From positions 3,201 to 67,200 of the forward strand of contig WFSR01000012.1 in assembly GCA_015485895.1 (NCBI GenBank): a stretch of DNA of 64,000 nucleotides. The letters are read 5' to 3'. The notes under the pieces are model-generated. The model worked only from the letters and a program-made list of their open reading frames with translations. It was not told the origin of the DNA and did no database searches. Positions 18,473 through 27,028 of the stretch are shown here, one piece after another (position 1 is the stretch's first letter; the number at the start of each line of letters is the position of its first letter). This DNA comes from Candidatus Microgenomates bacterium. GTDB taxonomy: Bacteria > Patescibacteriota > Microgenomatia > UBA12405 > UBA6130. The position numbers and the translations under genes were made by a program.

Positions 18473-19647
18473 AAAAAATTAAAGTATTAATAGCTAGCGA
18501 AACTTATCCACCAGATGTCAATGGCGCTGCAAGATTTACAGAAAATTTAGCTAAAGGCTTGGTATCAAGAGGACATAGCGTTGTGGTTATTGCTCCAGGA
18601 ACAAGATTTAGAGATGAGACAAGCAAGGAAAATATCAATCTTAAGGTATTTAGAATTGCATCAATTTCATTAAAACCTATACATCCCTATTTCAGAGCTG
18701 TTTTTCCAGAGGGTTTATATGGGAAAATTAAAAAAATTATAAAAGATTTTAATCCGGATATTATTCATATTCAGAATCATTTTCTTCTGGGGAGAACCTG
18801 CTTGAAAATAGCCAGAGAAAATGAAATACCTATAATAGGGACGAACCATTTTATGCCAGATAACTTATTAGAATATATACCCAAAATAGCCCATCCTTAC
18901 ATATCAAAGTATATGTGGAGTGATTTTATAAAAGTCTATAGTCAGCTAGATTATGTTACTGTTCCTTCTTATACCGCAGCAAGTATGCTAAAAAGATTAG
19001 GATTAAAAAATCAAGTCAAAGTGATTTCCAATGGGATTGATTTAAAGAAATTTAAGAATGTTAGGGTGAGTAATCGTGTCTACGTTAAATTCAAAATAAG
19101 GAAAGATTTATTTACTTTCATTTTTGTTGGCCGACTTGAGAAAGATAAAAACATTGATTTGGTCCTTGAAGCATCAAAACTGGCTATCAAAAAGAAGCCT
19201 TTTCAGGTTATTATTGTGGGCAAAGGGGCGGATGGGGAAAAACTGCAAAGATTATCAAGAGAATTAGGTTTGGGCAGAGAAATAATTTTTACCGGAGAAG
19301 TAAATAATAGCGAGTTAAATCAATTGCTTAGTTTAGCTCATGCATATATTGCCTCCGGTTCTGCCGAACTTCAGGGGATAGCAGTTATGGAAGCTATGGC
19401 TCATAAACTACCAATCTTAGCTCTTAACGCCGTTGCCTTACCTGAATTGGTTAAAGATGGAGTAAATGGCTTTCTCTTCAAGTTAGATAGCAATGATTTA
19501 GCTAAGAAAATGCTTAAGTTATTATCTCTTGACTCACAAAAATTGAAATTAATGGGCAAAAACAGTTTTGGAATTATTAAGCTACATAGTCAAGAAGAAA
19601 CATTAAAGAAGTTTGAAGATCTTTATAAAAAGGTAATAGGGAGCTAA
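18469..19647 (+). CDS. GT4-family glycosyltransferase
   Basis: EAMAHKLPILALNAVALPELVKDGVNGFLF is the GT4 EX7E region. The N-terminus has the typical GT4 Rossmann start IASETYPPDVNGAARF. Confidence 0.75.
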   Translation: MKKIKVLIASETYPPDVNGAARFTENLAKGLVSRGHSVVVIAPGTRFRDETSKENINLKVFRIASISLKPIHPYFRAVFPEGLYGKIKKIIKDFNPDIIHIQNHFLLGRTCLKIARENEIPIIGTNHFMPDNLLEYIPKIAHPYISKYMWSDFIKVYSQLDYVTVPSYTAASMLKRLGLKNQVKVISNGIDLKKFKNVRVSNRVYVKFKIRKDLFTFIFVGRLEKDKNIDLVLEASKLAIKKKPFQVIIVGKGADGEKLQRLSRELGLGREIIFTGEVNNSELNQLLSLAHAYIASGSAELQGIAVMEAMAHKLPILALNAVALPELVKDGVNGFLFKLDSNDLAKKMLKLLSLDSQKLKLMGKNSFGIIKLHSQEETLKKFEDLYKKVIGS

Positions 19648-19648
19648 C

Positions 19649-20086
19649 TGTTGAGGATCAAATAAACGTTCACACCTTCTGTTGAGTTATCAACACCTTG
19701 TCATCCCGCCCTTTCGTGAGAAAGAGCGGGATCTTCAGGGAGTGTGCCATCAATAATGGTGGTACGCCACCCAGCTGAAGATGAGCCCCCAAAGCTCCGA
19801 CGTGCGTCGGGGCGGGGCGGGCAAGTTCAACATGACGAGATATAAATTAAAAGCACCAAATCCCAAGCACCAATTTCCAAACAAATCCTAAATCCTAATG
19901 ACCCAAATCCTAAACCCCGACGTTCATCGGGGCAGGCAATAACCAAATTACCAAACGATTAAATGACCAAAACAAAAGAAAGATGATAAAGATGTTTTGA
20001 ACATTTGGATTTTGGTCATTTGAACATTATTTAGGATTTAGGATTTTGGTATTGTTTGTAATTTGGTGCTTGGAATTTGGAATTTG
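19649..20086. repeat. copy B of the composite repeat: 5' structured module (19649-19850) plus long imperfect palindrome (19851-20086)
   Basis: The 5' module shares gttgaggatcaaat.aac..tcac...tatcaacac...gtcatcc...ggatct.cag.ga.tgtgc.a.caataat.gtg.tacg.cac...gctgaagatg...atgacgaga.ataaa..aaagcaccaaa with copy C. Palindrome arms run aaagcaccaaat..caagcaccaa...aatcctaaatcctaatgacccaaatcctaaa || tttaggatttaggatt..ttggtgcttggaatttgg, centred near atgttttgaacat. Confidence 0.85.
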
Positions 20087-20097
20087 TTTTTTCTGGG

Positions 20098-20169
20098 TGC
20101 CGCCAGTGGGAATCGAACCCGCCTTTTCACCTTGAAAGGGTGATGTCCTAGCCGATAGACGATGGCGGC
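20098..20169 (-). tRNA. tRNA-Glu (anticodon TTC)
   Basis: Reverse complement gccgcca tc gtctatcggctaggac a tcacc cTTTCAAa ggtga ... gcgggttcgattcccac tggcggc a. Anticodon loop cuUUCaa. Glu-like D-arm. There is one A.C mismatch in the T-stem. Confidence 0.7.
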
Positions 20170-20243
20170 TTGCCCGATTATAGCATGACGCTTGCTTGAC
20201 AAAAAGGAAAAAATAGGCTACAAATGGTGTGAGGTGGCACAAA

Positions 20244-20687
20244 ATGGCAAAAAGTGGTGAATTACTTTTAGGACAATACCAGGCAACAGTAACCGCAAAG
20301 GGTCGCCTTGCTTTCCCCAAAAAATTACGCCAACTTTTAGGCTCCCGGATCATTATTACCCGTGGCTATGATAGTTGTCTTTTGGCGATGAGCTATGGCG
20401 AGTGGGAAAAAATGACCCGCCAATTGGGCAACCATCTCCCAATTTGGGAAGCATCTCGCGAGACGAGCCGTTTTCTTTTTGGTAATGCGGCGGAAATAAT
20501 CTTTGACAAACAAGGCCGCTTTATTTTGCCTCCCCATTTGCGCCGTTATAGTCAGATCAAAGACAAAGTTATTTTTCTGGGCCTGAACCGTTATGTTGAG
20601 ATTTGGGATGCCCGCCGCTGGCAGCGATATCAACAATATCTGAGCCGCAATATTAAAAGTATTTCCGAGAAATTGACCCATGAATAA
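20244..20687 (+). CDS. mraZ: transcriptional regulator MraZ
   Basis: MAKSGELLLGQYQATVTAKGRLAFPKKLRQLL is the typical MraZ N-terminus. It has the duplicated SpoVT/AbrB-like halves and heads the dcw cluster. Start assigned to ATG 20244 within the tracked ORF. Confidence 0.85.
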   Translation: MAKSGELLLGQYQATVTAKGRLAFPKKLRQLLGSRIIITRGYDSCLLAMSYGEWEKMTRQLGNHLPIWEASRETSRFLFGNAAEIIFDKQGRFILPPHLRRYSQIKDKVIFLGLNRYVEIWDARRWQRYQQYLSRNIKSISEKLTHE

Positions 20688-21573
20688 AAATATTTTTCGC
20701 TCTCGCCATCAGCCGGTTTTATTAGCGCTGGCGATGAGATATCTGGATCCCAAACCGGGAGAGCGTTATCTTGATGCCACCTTAGGTGGGGGAAGTTACA
20801 GCTATGCCCTTTATCAAAAAGGCGCCCAGGTGCTTTCTTTAGATTGGGATCCGCTCATGATTCAGCAAGCCAAGGAGCATTATCCCTGCCCCAATGCTTC
20901 TTGGCATTTGCGCTTGGCTAATTTTGCCGACTTAGCCCAAATTTGCCGGGAGGAAAAATTTTGTCCCTTAAGGGGGGTTGTTTTTGATTTGGGGTTAACC
21001 AAGTGGCACTATCAATTGGGGCGGGGATTTTCTTTTCAGGAAGGTGCCCCCTTAGATATGCGTTTAAATCCCGAGTTGCCACAAACAGCGGCCGATATTA
21101 TTACCACCTCTTCGTTAGCCCAGCTAGAAAAGTGGCTTTTACAGATTGGCCAAGAACAATTTGCCTCCGAAATTGCTCGTTTTTTAAAAAAGGCAGTTGG
21201 TCAGGACTTGATGGCTGCTGATATTGCTGAGGGTATTGCCAAGATTTACCAGCGCCATCATGTTTCCCCGCGGAATAATCCGGCCACCAAAACATTTTTG
21301 GTTTTGCGTATCTTGGTGAATCGGGAGATAGAGAACTTAGAGAAAGGACTAGAGGGGGCGCTAGTAAGTTTGGCACCCCGAGGGCGGTTGGTAGTAATTA
21401 GTTTTCATTCTGGTGAGGACCGTTTAGTTAAGCAATTTTTTCGTCGCCAGGAAAAAGAAGGACGCTTAAAAATTTTAACTAAAAAAGCCCAACGGCCCAC
21501 CGCCGCCGAGGTCGAGCAAAATCCTCTGGCGCGCAGTGCTTGCCTTAGGGCAGCTGAAAAAAATGAAAACTAA
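20680..21573 (+). CDS. rsmH: 16S rRNA m4C1402 methyltransferase
   Basis: HQPVLL...YLDATLGGGSYS and FHSGEDRLVK are typical RsmH/MraW motifs. Position is right after mraZ. Confidence 0.9.
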   Translation: MNKNIFRSRHQPVLLALAMRYLDPKPGERYLDATLGGGSYSYALYQKGAQVLSLDWDPLMIQQAKEHYPCPNASWHLRLANFADLAQICREEKFCPLRGVVFDLGLTKWHYQLGRGFSFQEGAPLDMRLNPELPQTAADIITTSSLAQLEKWLLQIGQEQFASEIARFLKKAVGQDLMAADIAEGIAKIYQRHHVSPRNNPATKTFLVLRILVNREIENLEKGLEGALVSLAPRGRLVVISFHSGEDRLVKQFFRRQEKEGRLKILTKKAQRPTAAEVEQNPLARSACLRAAEKNEN

Positions 21574-21838
21574 GCAAAAAATTTTAGTTCTGCTTTTTGT
21601 CCTTAGTCAAATTGGGCTTTGGCTTTGGTGTCGCAACCGGAATTTTGATTTAGCTGTAGATTTGGCTAATTTAAGATGCCAAAAGCAATCGTTGATAACT
21701 ACTGTGGACCGTCAAGAAAATCAGTTAGCTAGAGCAACATCTTTACAAGAATTGACCAAAATGGCTGGTAAGCTGGATATCGGATTAGTCGAGCACTTTT
21801 GGCAGATTTCAAAGGAAACAATTGCTTGGCGGCAATGA
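21563..21838 (+). CDS. FtsL-like small bitopic division protein
   Basis: About 90 aa with a single N-terminal TM helix followed by a coiled-coil-like region, in the conserved position between rsmH and ftsI. Start taken at MKTKQKIL (21563). Confidence 0.45.
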   Translation: MKTKQKILVLLFVLSQIGLWLWCRNRNFDLAVDLANLRCQKQSLITTVDRQENQLARATSLQELTKMAGKLDIGLVEHFWQISKETIAWRQ

Positions 21839-23538
21839 AAAGGAACGGCAAGCGTCTTGTTTTTTTGAGCCTTTTCTTTTTCTTTTGGCTGGCAGCAATT
21901 TTAGGTCGTCTTTTTTATTGGCAAGTATTGGCTAAAAATCATTTTTATGATGCTTTGGTAGACAGAAAAGAAAATAAAAGGGTGATTTCTGCTGCTCGAG
22001 GGAAAATTTATAGCCGGGATGGCTTCCCACTGGTAAGTAATAAGATAATTTACTCTCTTTTTTTATGGCGGCCGGCGTTAAGAATTAATCTTTCAGAACT
22101 TTTTAAGAAGGTCAGTCCAATTATTTTTTATCCTGCTAATAAGGAGAATCAAGAGAAAAAAGAGCTTCTAAAAAAAGTGCTGCATCAGCCGGCCCAAAAA
22201 TGGATTGCCTTGGCGCAGAATTTAAATTACGGTCAATATCAAGCTCTTCACGATTTGCATCTTTCCGGCTTGCAATTCCAATTACGCCGGCAACGATTTT
22301 ATCCTGAAGGTTCGATGGCCGCTCATCTTTTGGGTTTTGTGGGGCGGGATGAGTTAGGACAACCCCGAGGGTACTTTGGTTTGGAAGGTTTTTATCAAGA
22401 ACAACTAGCTGGATTAATGGGAGTTCAGCAATCTGGTTTTTGGCATTTCCTAAATTATGATAATAAAGATGTCGCTCCGCGCCAAGGCCGGGATCTTTAT
22501 CTCTTTTTAGACCGCGGGGTGCAATTTATCGCTGATCAAGCCTTGGCTGCCGGCGTCCACCGTTATGGAGCTAAGGGAGGATGGGTGGTGATTTTGGATA
22601 GCCGCTCGGGAGCAATTTTAGCATTGGCCACTTGGCCTAAATATGATCCTTCTAGATATGAACAGTATTCTTACCAACGTTTTCTCGATCCAGTTATCTC
22701 AGCTTCCTTTGAACCTGGATCAATTTTTAAACCATTGGTTATGGCGGCAGCTTTAAATGAAAGCGTAGTTAAACCGGAAAGCCGTTGTCCTTGCCAGGGG
22801 CCTATTCGTATTGGCAAGTATGAAATTAAGACCTGGAATGAGGTCTATCATCCTAATTCAACAATGACCGATATCATTAAAAATTCTGATAACGTGGGGA
22901 TGGTGTATGTGGCCCGCCAGCTGGGGGCGAAGAAACTGTTTGCTTATTTGCAAAGGTATCACTTGACCAAAAAAACAGGCATTGATCTTCAAGGAGAAAT
23001 GTTGCCGTTGCTTAAATCTCCAGACCATTGGTATCCGATTGATTTAGCTACTATTTCTTTTGGTCAGGGTATTGCTGTAACTCCAATTCAGTTTATTACT
23101 GCCTTTAATGCTTTGGCTGATGGGGGAGTAGTTTACCAGCCGCGAGTTGTAGCTAGAATTGTGGCTGGGCATAAGGTATTTTTCACACGAAAACATATCT
23201 TGGGGCGGCCTCTTAAAGCGCAAACTTGCCGAGAAATAAAAGAAATGCTGGTCACTGCTGTTAATGAAGGAGAAGCAAAATGGACGCGGTTATCTGGTTA
23301 TAAAATTGCCGGCAAAACAGGGACGGCACAAATTCCTTTAAAAGGGCATTATGCCAAGAAGAAAACGATCGCTTCATTTGCTGGTTTTGCTCCAGCTGAC
23401 AATCCTCGGTTTACTATGCTGGTGAGCTTGCAAGAGCCGACAAGCTCACCTTGGGGGTCGGAAACAGCCGCTCCTCTCTGGTTTCAAATTGCCCGCCAAC
23501 TTTTTACTTATTGGGGTATCCAACCGCAGGGTAGCTGA
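21835..23538 (+). CDS. ftsI: penicillin-binding protein 2/3 family transpeptidase
   Basis: N-terminal TM segment, SIFKP (SxxK), SDN-like NSDN, and KTGTA motifs. Confidence 0.85.
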   Translation: MKRNGKRLVFLSLFFFFWLAAILGRLFYWQVLAKNHFYDALVDRKENKRVISAARGKIYSRDGFPLVSNKIIYSLFLWRPALRINLSELFKKVSPIIFYPANKENQEKKELLKKVLHQPAQKWIALAQNLNYGQYQALHDLHLSGLQFQLRRQRFYPEGSMAAHLLGFVGRDELGQPRGYFGLEGFYQEQLAGLMGVQQSGFWHFLNYDNKDVAPRQGRDLYLFLDRGVQFIADQALAAGVHRYGAKGGWVVILDSRSGAILALATWPKYDPSRYEQYSYQRFLDPVISASFEPGSIFKPLVMAAALNESVVKPESRCPCQGPIRIGKYEIKTWNEVYHPNSTMTDIIKNSDNVGMVYVARQLGAKKLFAYLQRYHLTKKTGIDLQGEMLPLLKSPDHWYPIDLATISFGQGIAVTPIQFITAFNALADGGVVYQPRVVARIVAGHKVFFTRKHILGRPLKAQTCREIKEMLVTAVNEGEAKWTRLSGYKIAGKTGTAQIPLKGHYAKKKTIASFAGFAPADNPRFTMLVSLQEPTSSPWGSETAAPLWFQIARQLFTYWGIQPQGS

Positions 23539-23567
23539 TGGTTCTCGTGCTATAATTAATCTAATTA

Positions 23568-24881
23568 ATGACTAATTGGTTCCAGTGGTTTAAAAACCAG
23601 TTTTTTCATTTACCCCAGGCGATTTTTGCAAATTGGCGCTACGGTTGGCCTAGTCACCATCTTAATTTTATTGGTGTTACTGGAACCGATGGCAAAACAA
23701 CAACTACGCTTTTAATCTATCATCTCTTGCGTGAAGCGGGTCTAGCATCCGGTTATGTTTCTACAATTGCTGCTCATATTGGTGAGGAACATGAGCCAAC
23801 TGGCCTGCATGTAACTTCACCGCCGCCGGCTAAGTTGCAAAAATGGTTAGCGAGGATGGCTCGGGAACAACCAGATAAATGGGTGGTTCTCGAAGCGACT
23901 TCGCATGGTTTGGATCAATACCGTCTTTGGGGTATCCATTTTCAAAAAGCTGTTTTCACTAATTTAACTCATGAGCATCTTGATTACCACCGAACGATGA
24001 AAAATTATTTCCAAGCAAAAATGCGACTTCTTTGCCATGCTGAGCGCCTTTTTATTAATGGCGATTTAGACCAGAAACTTTTAGTAGATGTTAGAAAGAG
24101 GTGCCGTTCGAAAAAAATTTTCTTTTATGGACGAAAGCGGGATAATATTTGGCAGGTGAGAAATGTTCATCTTGAATTTGGGCGGACGGCGTTTGACCTT
24201 TATTTACATCACCAAAAACAAGGGCACTTCCAAAGTAGATTGACAGGTACTTTTAATCTTTATAATCAAGTTGCTGCTTTAGCGACTGTTTTAGACCAAC
24301 ATTTAGTTTCGATTAACCAAGCTAGAACTGCCTTAGGAACTTTTATCCCGCCCCAGGGACGGATGGAAATTGTTGTTCGAGAACCATTTTTGGTAATGAT
24401 TGATTTTGCCCATACTCCCAATGCTTTGGAACAATTGTTGCGCTCCTTACGTCAATTGCATCCTGGCCGGCTTTTGGTGATTTTTGGCGCTGCTGGTGAG
24501 CGAGATCGGGGAAAACGCCCCTTAATGGGGAAAATTGCTGCTCACTGGGCTGATATTGCCGTTTTAACCTCCGAAGATCCGCGTAGCGAAGATCCTCAGG
24601 CTATTATTAAGACCATTGCTCGGGGTTGCCGGCAGGGAAAAATGTGCCGGGCCAAGAAAAAAGATGCCCGGCTAGTGCAACAGGGAAAAAAGAAAAAGGT
24701 CTTTTTCCAAATCGAAAATCGCCAAGAAGCTATTAATTTTGCTTTGCGCCGTTTAGCGCGGCCGGGAGATTTGGTAGTCCTTTGCGGCAAAGGCCATGAA
24801 CAATCTATTTGTTATGGTCATCAAGAATATCCTTGGTCAGAGCACCAGGCGGTTAAAGTAGCGTTGGGGCAGAAACAATGA
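23568..24881 (+). CDS. murE: UDP-MurNAc-L-Ala-D-Glu:diamino-acid ligase with short N-terminal domain
   Basis: P-loop IGVTGTDGKTTTT. The C-terminal motif IFGAAGERDRGKRPLMGKIAAHWADIAVLTSEDPRSEDP aligns to MurE GCGGDRDKGKRPLMG...TDDNPR.E.P. The N-terminal UDP-binding domain is very short, so 437 aa total. Confidence 0.75.
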   Translation: MTNWFQWFKNQFFHLPQAIFANWRYGWPSHHLNFIGVTGTDGKTTTTLLIYHLLREAGLASGYVSTIAAHIGEEHEPTGLHVTSPPPAKLQKWLARMAREQPDKWVVLEATSHGLDQYRLWGIHFQKAVFTNLTHEHLDYHRTMKNYFQAKMRLLCHAERLFINGDLDQKLLVDVRKRCRSKKIFFYGRKRDNIWQVRNVHLEFGRTAFDLYLHHQKQGHFQSRLTGTFNLYNQVAALATVLDQHLVSINQARTALGTFIPPQGRMEIVVREPFLVMIDFAHTPNALEQLLRSLRQLHPGRLLVIFGAAGERDRGKRPLMGKIAAHWADIAVLTSEDPRSEDPQAIIKTIARGCRQGKMCRAKKKDARLVQQGKKKKVFFQIENRQEAINFALRRLARPGDLVVLCGKGHEQSICYGHQEYPWSEHQAVKVALGQKQ

Positions 24882-25630
24882 GGCTAATCTTTTCGCCTTT
24901 TAAGGCTGATTATTGGAGATACCAGTTTCCTTATCAGGTTTTGCTTTGGCGAGAGGCAGGCGACAGTTTAGCAAAAATTTATGCTTTAGGTTTTTTGCCT
25001 TTTCGCCAGCGCCAAGATTTATTTTATTTAAGTCGGAGCTGTCGGAGCAATCTCCGGCGAGGTCAATTTTCTTCAGAAAATCGGCGAATTTTGGCACGGA
25101 CGAAAGGCTTTCACTTTTCCCTGCAGAAAATTAGCCCTCCTTTGTTGCCGGAAAAACAAAAACTCTTGCGTGATTGGGCTCGGGGAGCAGGCTGGGATAT
25201 TAAAACGCCGACCTTAAAGAAGCTTTGGCAGGGAAAATTTTTTAATTATCAGCTGGTTATTAGCTGGCAAAAGCAACCGGTTAGTTATTCTCTTTTGTTA
25301 GTTCAACCACCTATTGCCCATTGGGCCTATGTCTTTTTAAATCCGGAATACCGTCAAAAAAATTTGGCTATTGCCAGTGGATTATTTCTAATTCGCTGGG
25401 CCCGCCAACAAAATTTAGACTATCTTTATTTGGGAACTTGTTATGGGCGTTTGAATTATAAGCGCAATTTTCCCGGCTTAGAATTTTTTAATGGCCTTTA
25501 TTGGTCGGATAATCAGAAGGAATTGCGCTGGCTTTTGCAAGAAAATTGGTCAGGCTACCTTTGGCAGGATACGGGGTGGCGCCAGAAATTAGAACGGTGG
25601 TTGGCAAAAACAGACAAAGAGAAGGGTTAA
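24878..25630 (+). CDS. Bpt/ATE-like (arginyl/leucyl-tRNA-protein transferase C-terminal-like) protein
   Basis: GTCYGRLNYKRNFPGLEFFNGLYW fits the ATE_C signature G.Y...C.KM.YK..F.P.E......W as I recall it. 250 aa, with start ATG overlapping the murE stop. Confidence 0.35.
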   Translation: MRLIFSPFKADYWRYQFPYQVLLWREAGDSLAKIYALGFLPFRQRQDLFYLSRSCRSNLRRGQFSSENRRILARTKGFHFSLQKISPPLLPEKQKLLRDWARGAGWDIKTPTLKKLWQGKFFNYQLVISWQKQPVSYSLLLVQPPIAHWAYVFLNPEYRQKNLAIASGLFLIRWARQQNLDYLYLGTCYGRLNYKRNFPGLEFFNGLYWSDNQKELRWLLQENWSGYLWQDTGWRQKLERWLAKTDKEKG

Positions 25631-27028
25631 ATGAAGAAAAAGAAAGTTTATATCATTGGGATTGTGGGGACCATTGGTACCGGGTTGGCCCGAGCTTTTA
25701 AGAAAGCAGGGTGGAAGGTTAGCGGGTCGGACCAGGAAAATGTCTTCCCCCCTTTAACAACCGCTCTAGCTCGGGCAAAAATTCCTTTTTATCGGGGTTA
25801 TGCTGCTCATCATGTTCCTCGGGATGCTGATTTGGTTTTGGTAGGCGGCAGCGCTTTGGTAATCGATCGCCACAACCCGGAATATTTGCAGGCGCAAAAA
25901 TATCATTTGCCTATTCTTAACCACGCTGAGGCGATAGCCCGTTTTGTGGTGAAAAAAAATTCTCTGGTAGTGGCTGGTAGTTATGGCAAGACAACAATCA
26001 CTTCTCTGTTGGTAACCATTTTAAAAGAAGCTCACTATCGGCCGGCTTATATGATTGGTGGCTGGCCACTTAACCGTTGGCCATCATTAGCTTTTTCTGA
26101 AAGCAATTGGTCGATAGTGGAGGGTGATGAGTATTGGATTAACCCGGAAAAACCTCAAGCTAAATTTTTTCTTTATCATCCCCATTATCTTTTGCTTACC
26201 GCGGCCCATTGGGAGCACCCTGATGTCTACTCTCGGCCAGAACTGTATTATCAAGCTTTCCAAAAGCTAGTTCGTTTAGTACCTAGCAATGGTTTAGTGG
26301 TAGCCAATTATTTTGGTGAACATTTAGATTTCCTTCGTCATCGGCAACAGGTGGTGTGGTATTCGAGCCAAAAAGGTAAAGGTGATTGCTTCCTGGCAGC
26401 TTGGCAGCCCCGTTCTCAGAGAATGCAAATAACGGTGAATTGCCAGGGCACAAAAGTTCTTTTTCAATCTCCTCTTTTGGGCAAGCATAATGCTGAAAAT
26501 ATTGTTGCGGCAGTGACCATGGCTCATCATCTGGGTATTAGCTGGCCGGTAGTTAGAAAGGCAATTAGTAAAGCTAAAGGGGTAAAAAGGCGGTTAGAAT
26601 ATCAAGGCACTATTGGGGGAATTACGATTTTTGAGGATTTTTCCCAGACTCCACCGCGGATTAAGGCAGCTTTGCAGGCTCTACGAGATCATTTTCCTCA
26701 GCGGCGCATTTTGGTAGTTTTTTATCCCCACTATAGTGGTTGGCGAGATAAATCTATTTTGAGGGGAATAAAAGGGCTTTTCGGTTTGGCTAATAAAGTT
26801 TGGCTGACGCGAGTCCATTTCGACCGCCGGCCGGCAGCGGAAAGGGTAACTGGTCCGTTAATTGCTAAAGCTTTGGGGGGCGCAAATATTGAATATTGTC
26901 CCGATGACCGAATTCTTGAAAAGAAAGTAAAACAAGAACTTCGGCCTGGCGATGTTTTGGTTTTTATGTCTTCGGGCGGTTTGCGGGGTCTAAAAGAAAG
27001 AGTTATTAATTTTCTAGAGCATCGTTAA
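25631..27028 (+). CDS. murC: UDP-N-acetylmuramate:L-alanine ligase (MurC/Mpl type)
   Basis: N-terminus YIIGIVGTIGTGLARAF (cf. MurC HFIGIGGSGMSGLA), P-loop AGSYGKTTITS, EGDEY (cf. MurC EADESD), and GKHNAENIVAAV (cf. G.HNV.NALAA). Confidence 0.7.
   Translation: MKKKKVYIIGIVGTIGTGLARAFKKAGWKVSGSDQENVFPPLTTALARAKIPFYRGYAAHHVPRDADLVLVGGSALVIDRHNPEYLQAQKYHLPILNHAEAIARFVVKKNSLVVAGSYGKTTITSLLVTILKEAHYRPAYMIGGWPLNRWPSLAFSESNWSIVEGDEYWINPEKPQAKFFLYHPHYLLLTAAHWEHPDVYSRPELYYQAFQKLVRLVPSNGLVVANYFGEHLDFLRHRQQVVWYSSQKGKGDCFLAAWQPRSQRMQITVNCQGTKVLFQSPLLGKHNAENIVAAVTMAHHLGISWPVVRKAISKAKGVKRRLEYQGTIGGITIFEDFSQTPPRIKAALQALRDHFPQRRILVVFYPHYSGWRDKSILRGIKGLFGLANKVWLTRVHFDRRPAAERVTGPLIAKALGGANIEYCPDDRILEKKVKQELRPGDVLVFMSSGGLRGLKERVINFLEHR

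Noticed and set aside
20027-20353. 108-aa minus-strand ORF
   Set aside because: It overlaps the tRNA-Glu gene and the mraZ start, with no motifs. It is an artefact of tRNA and repeat sequence.
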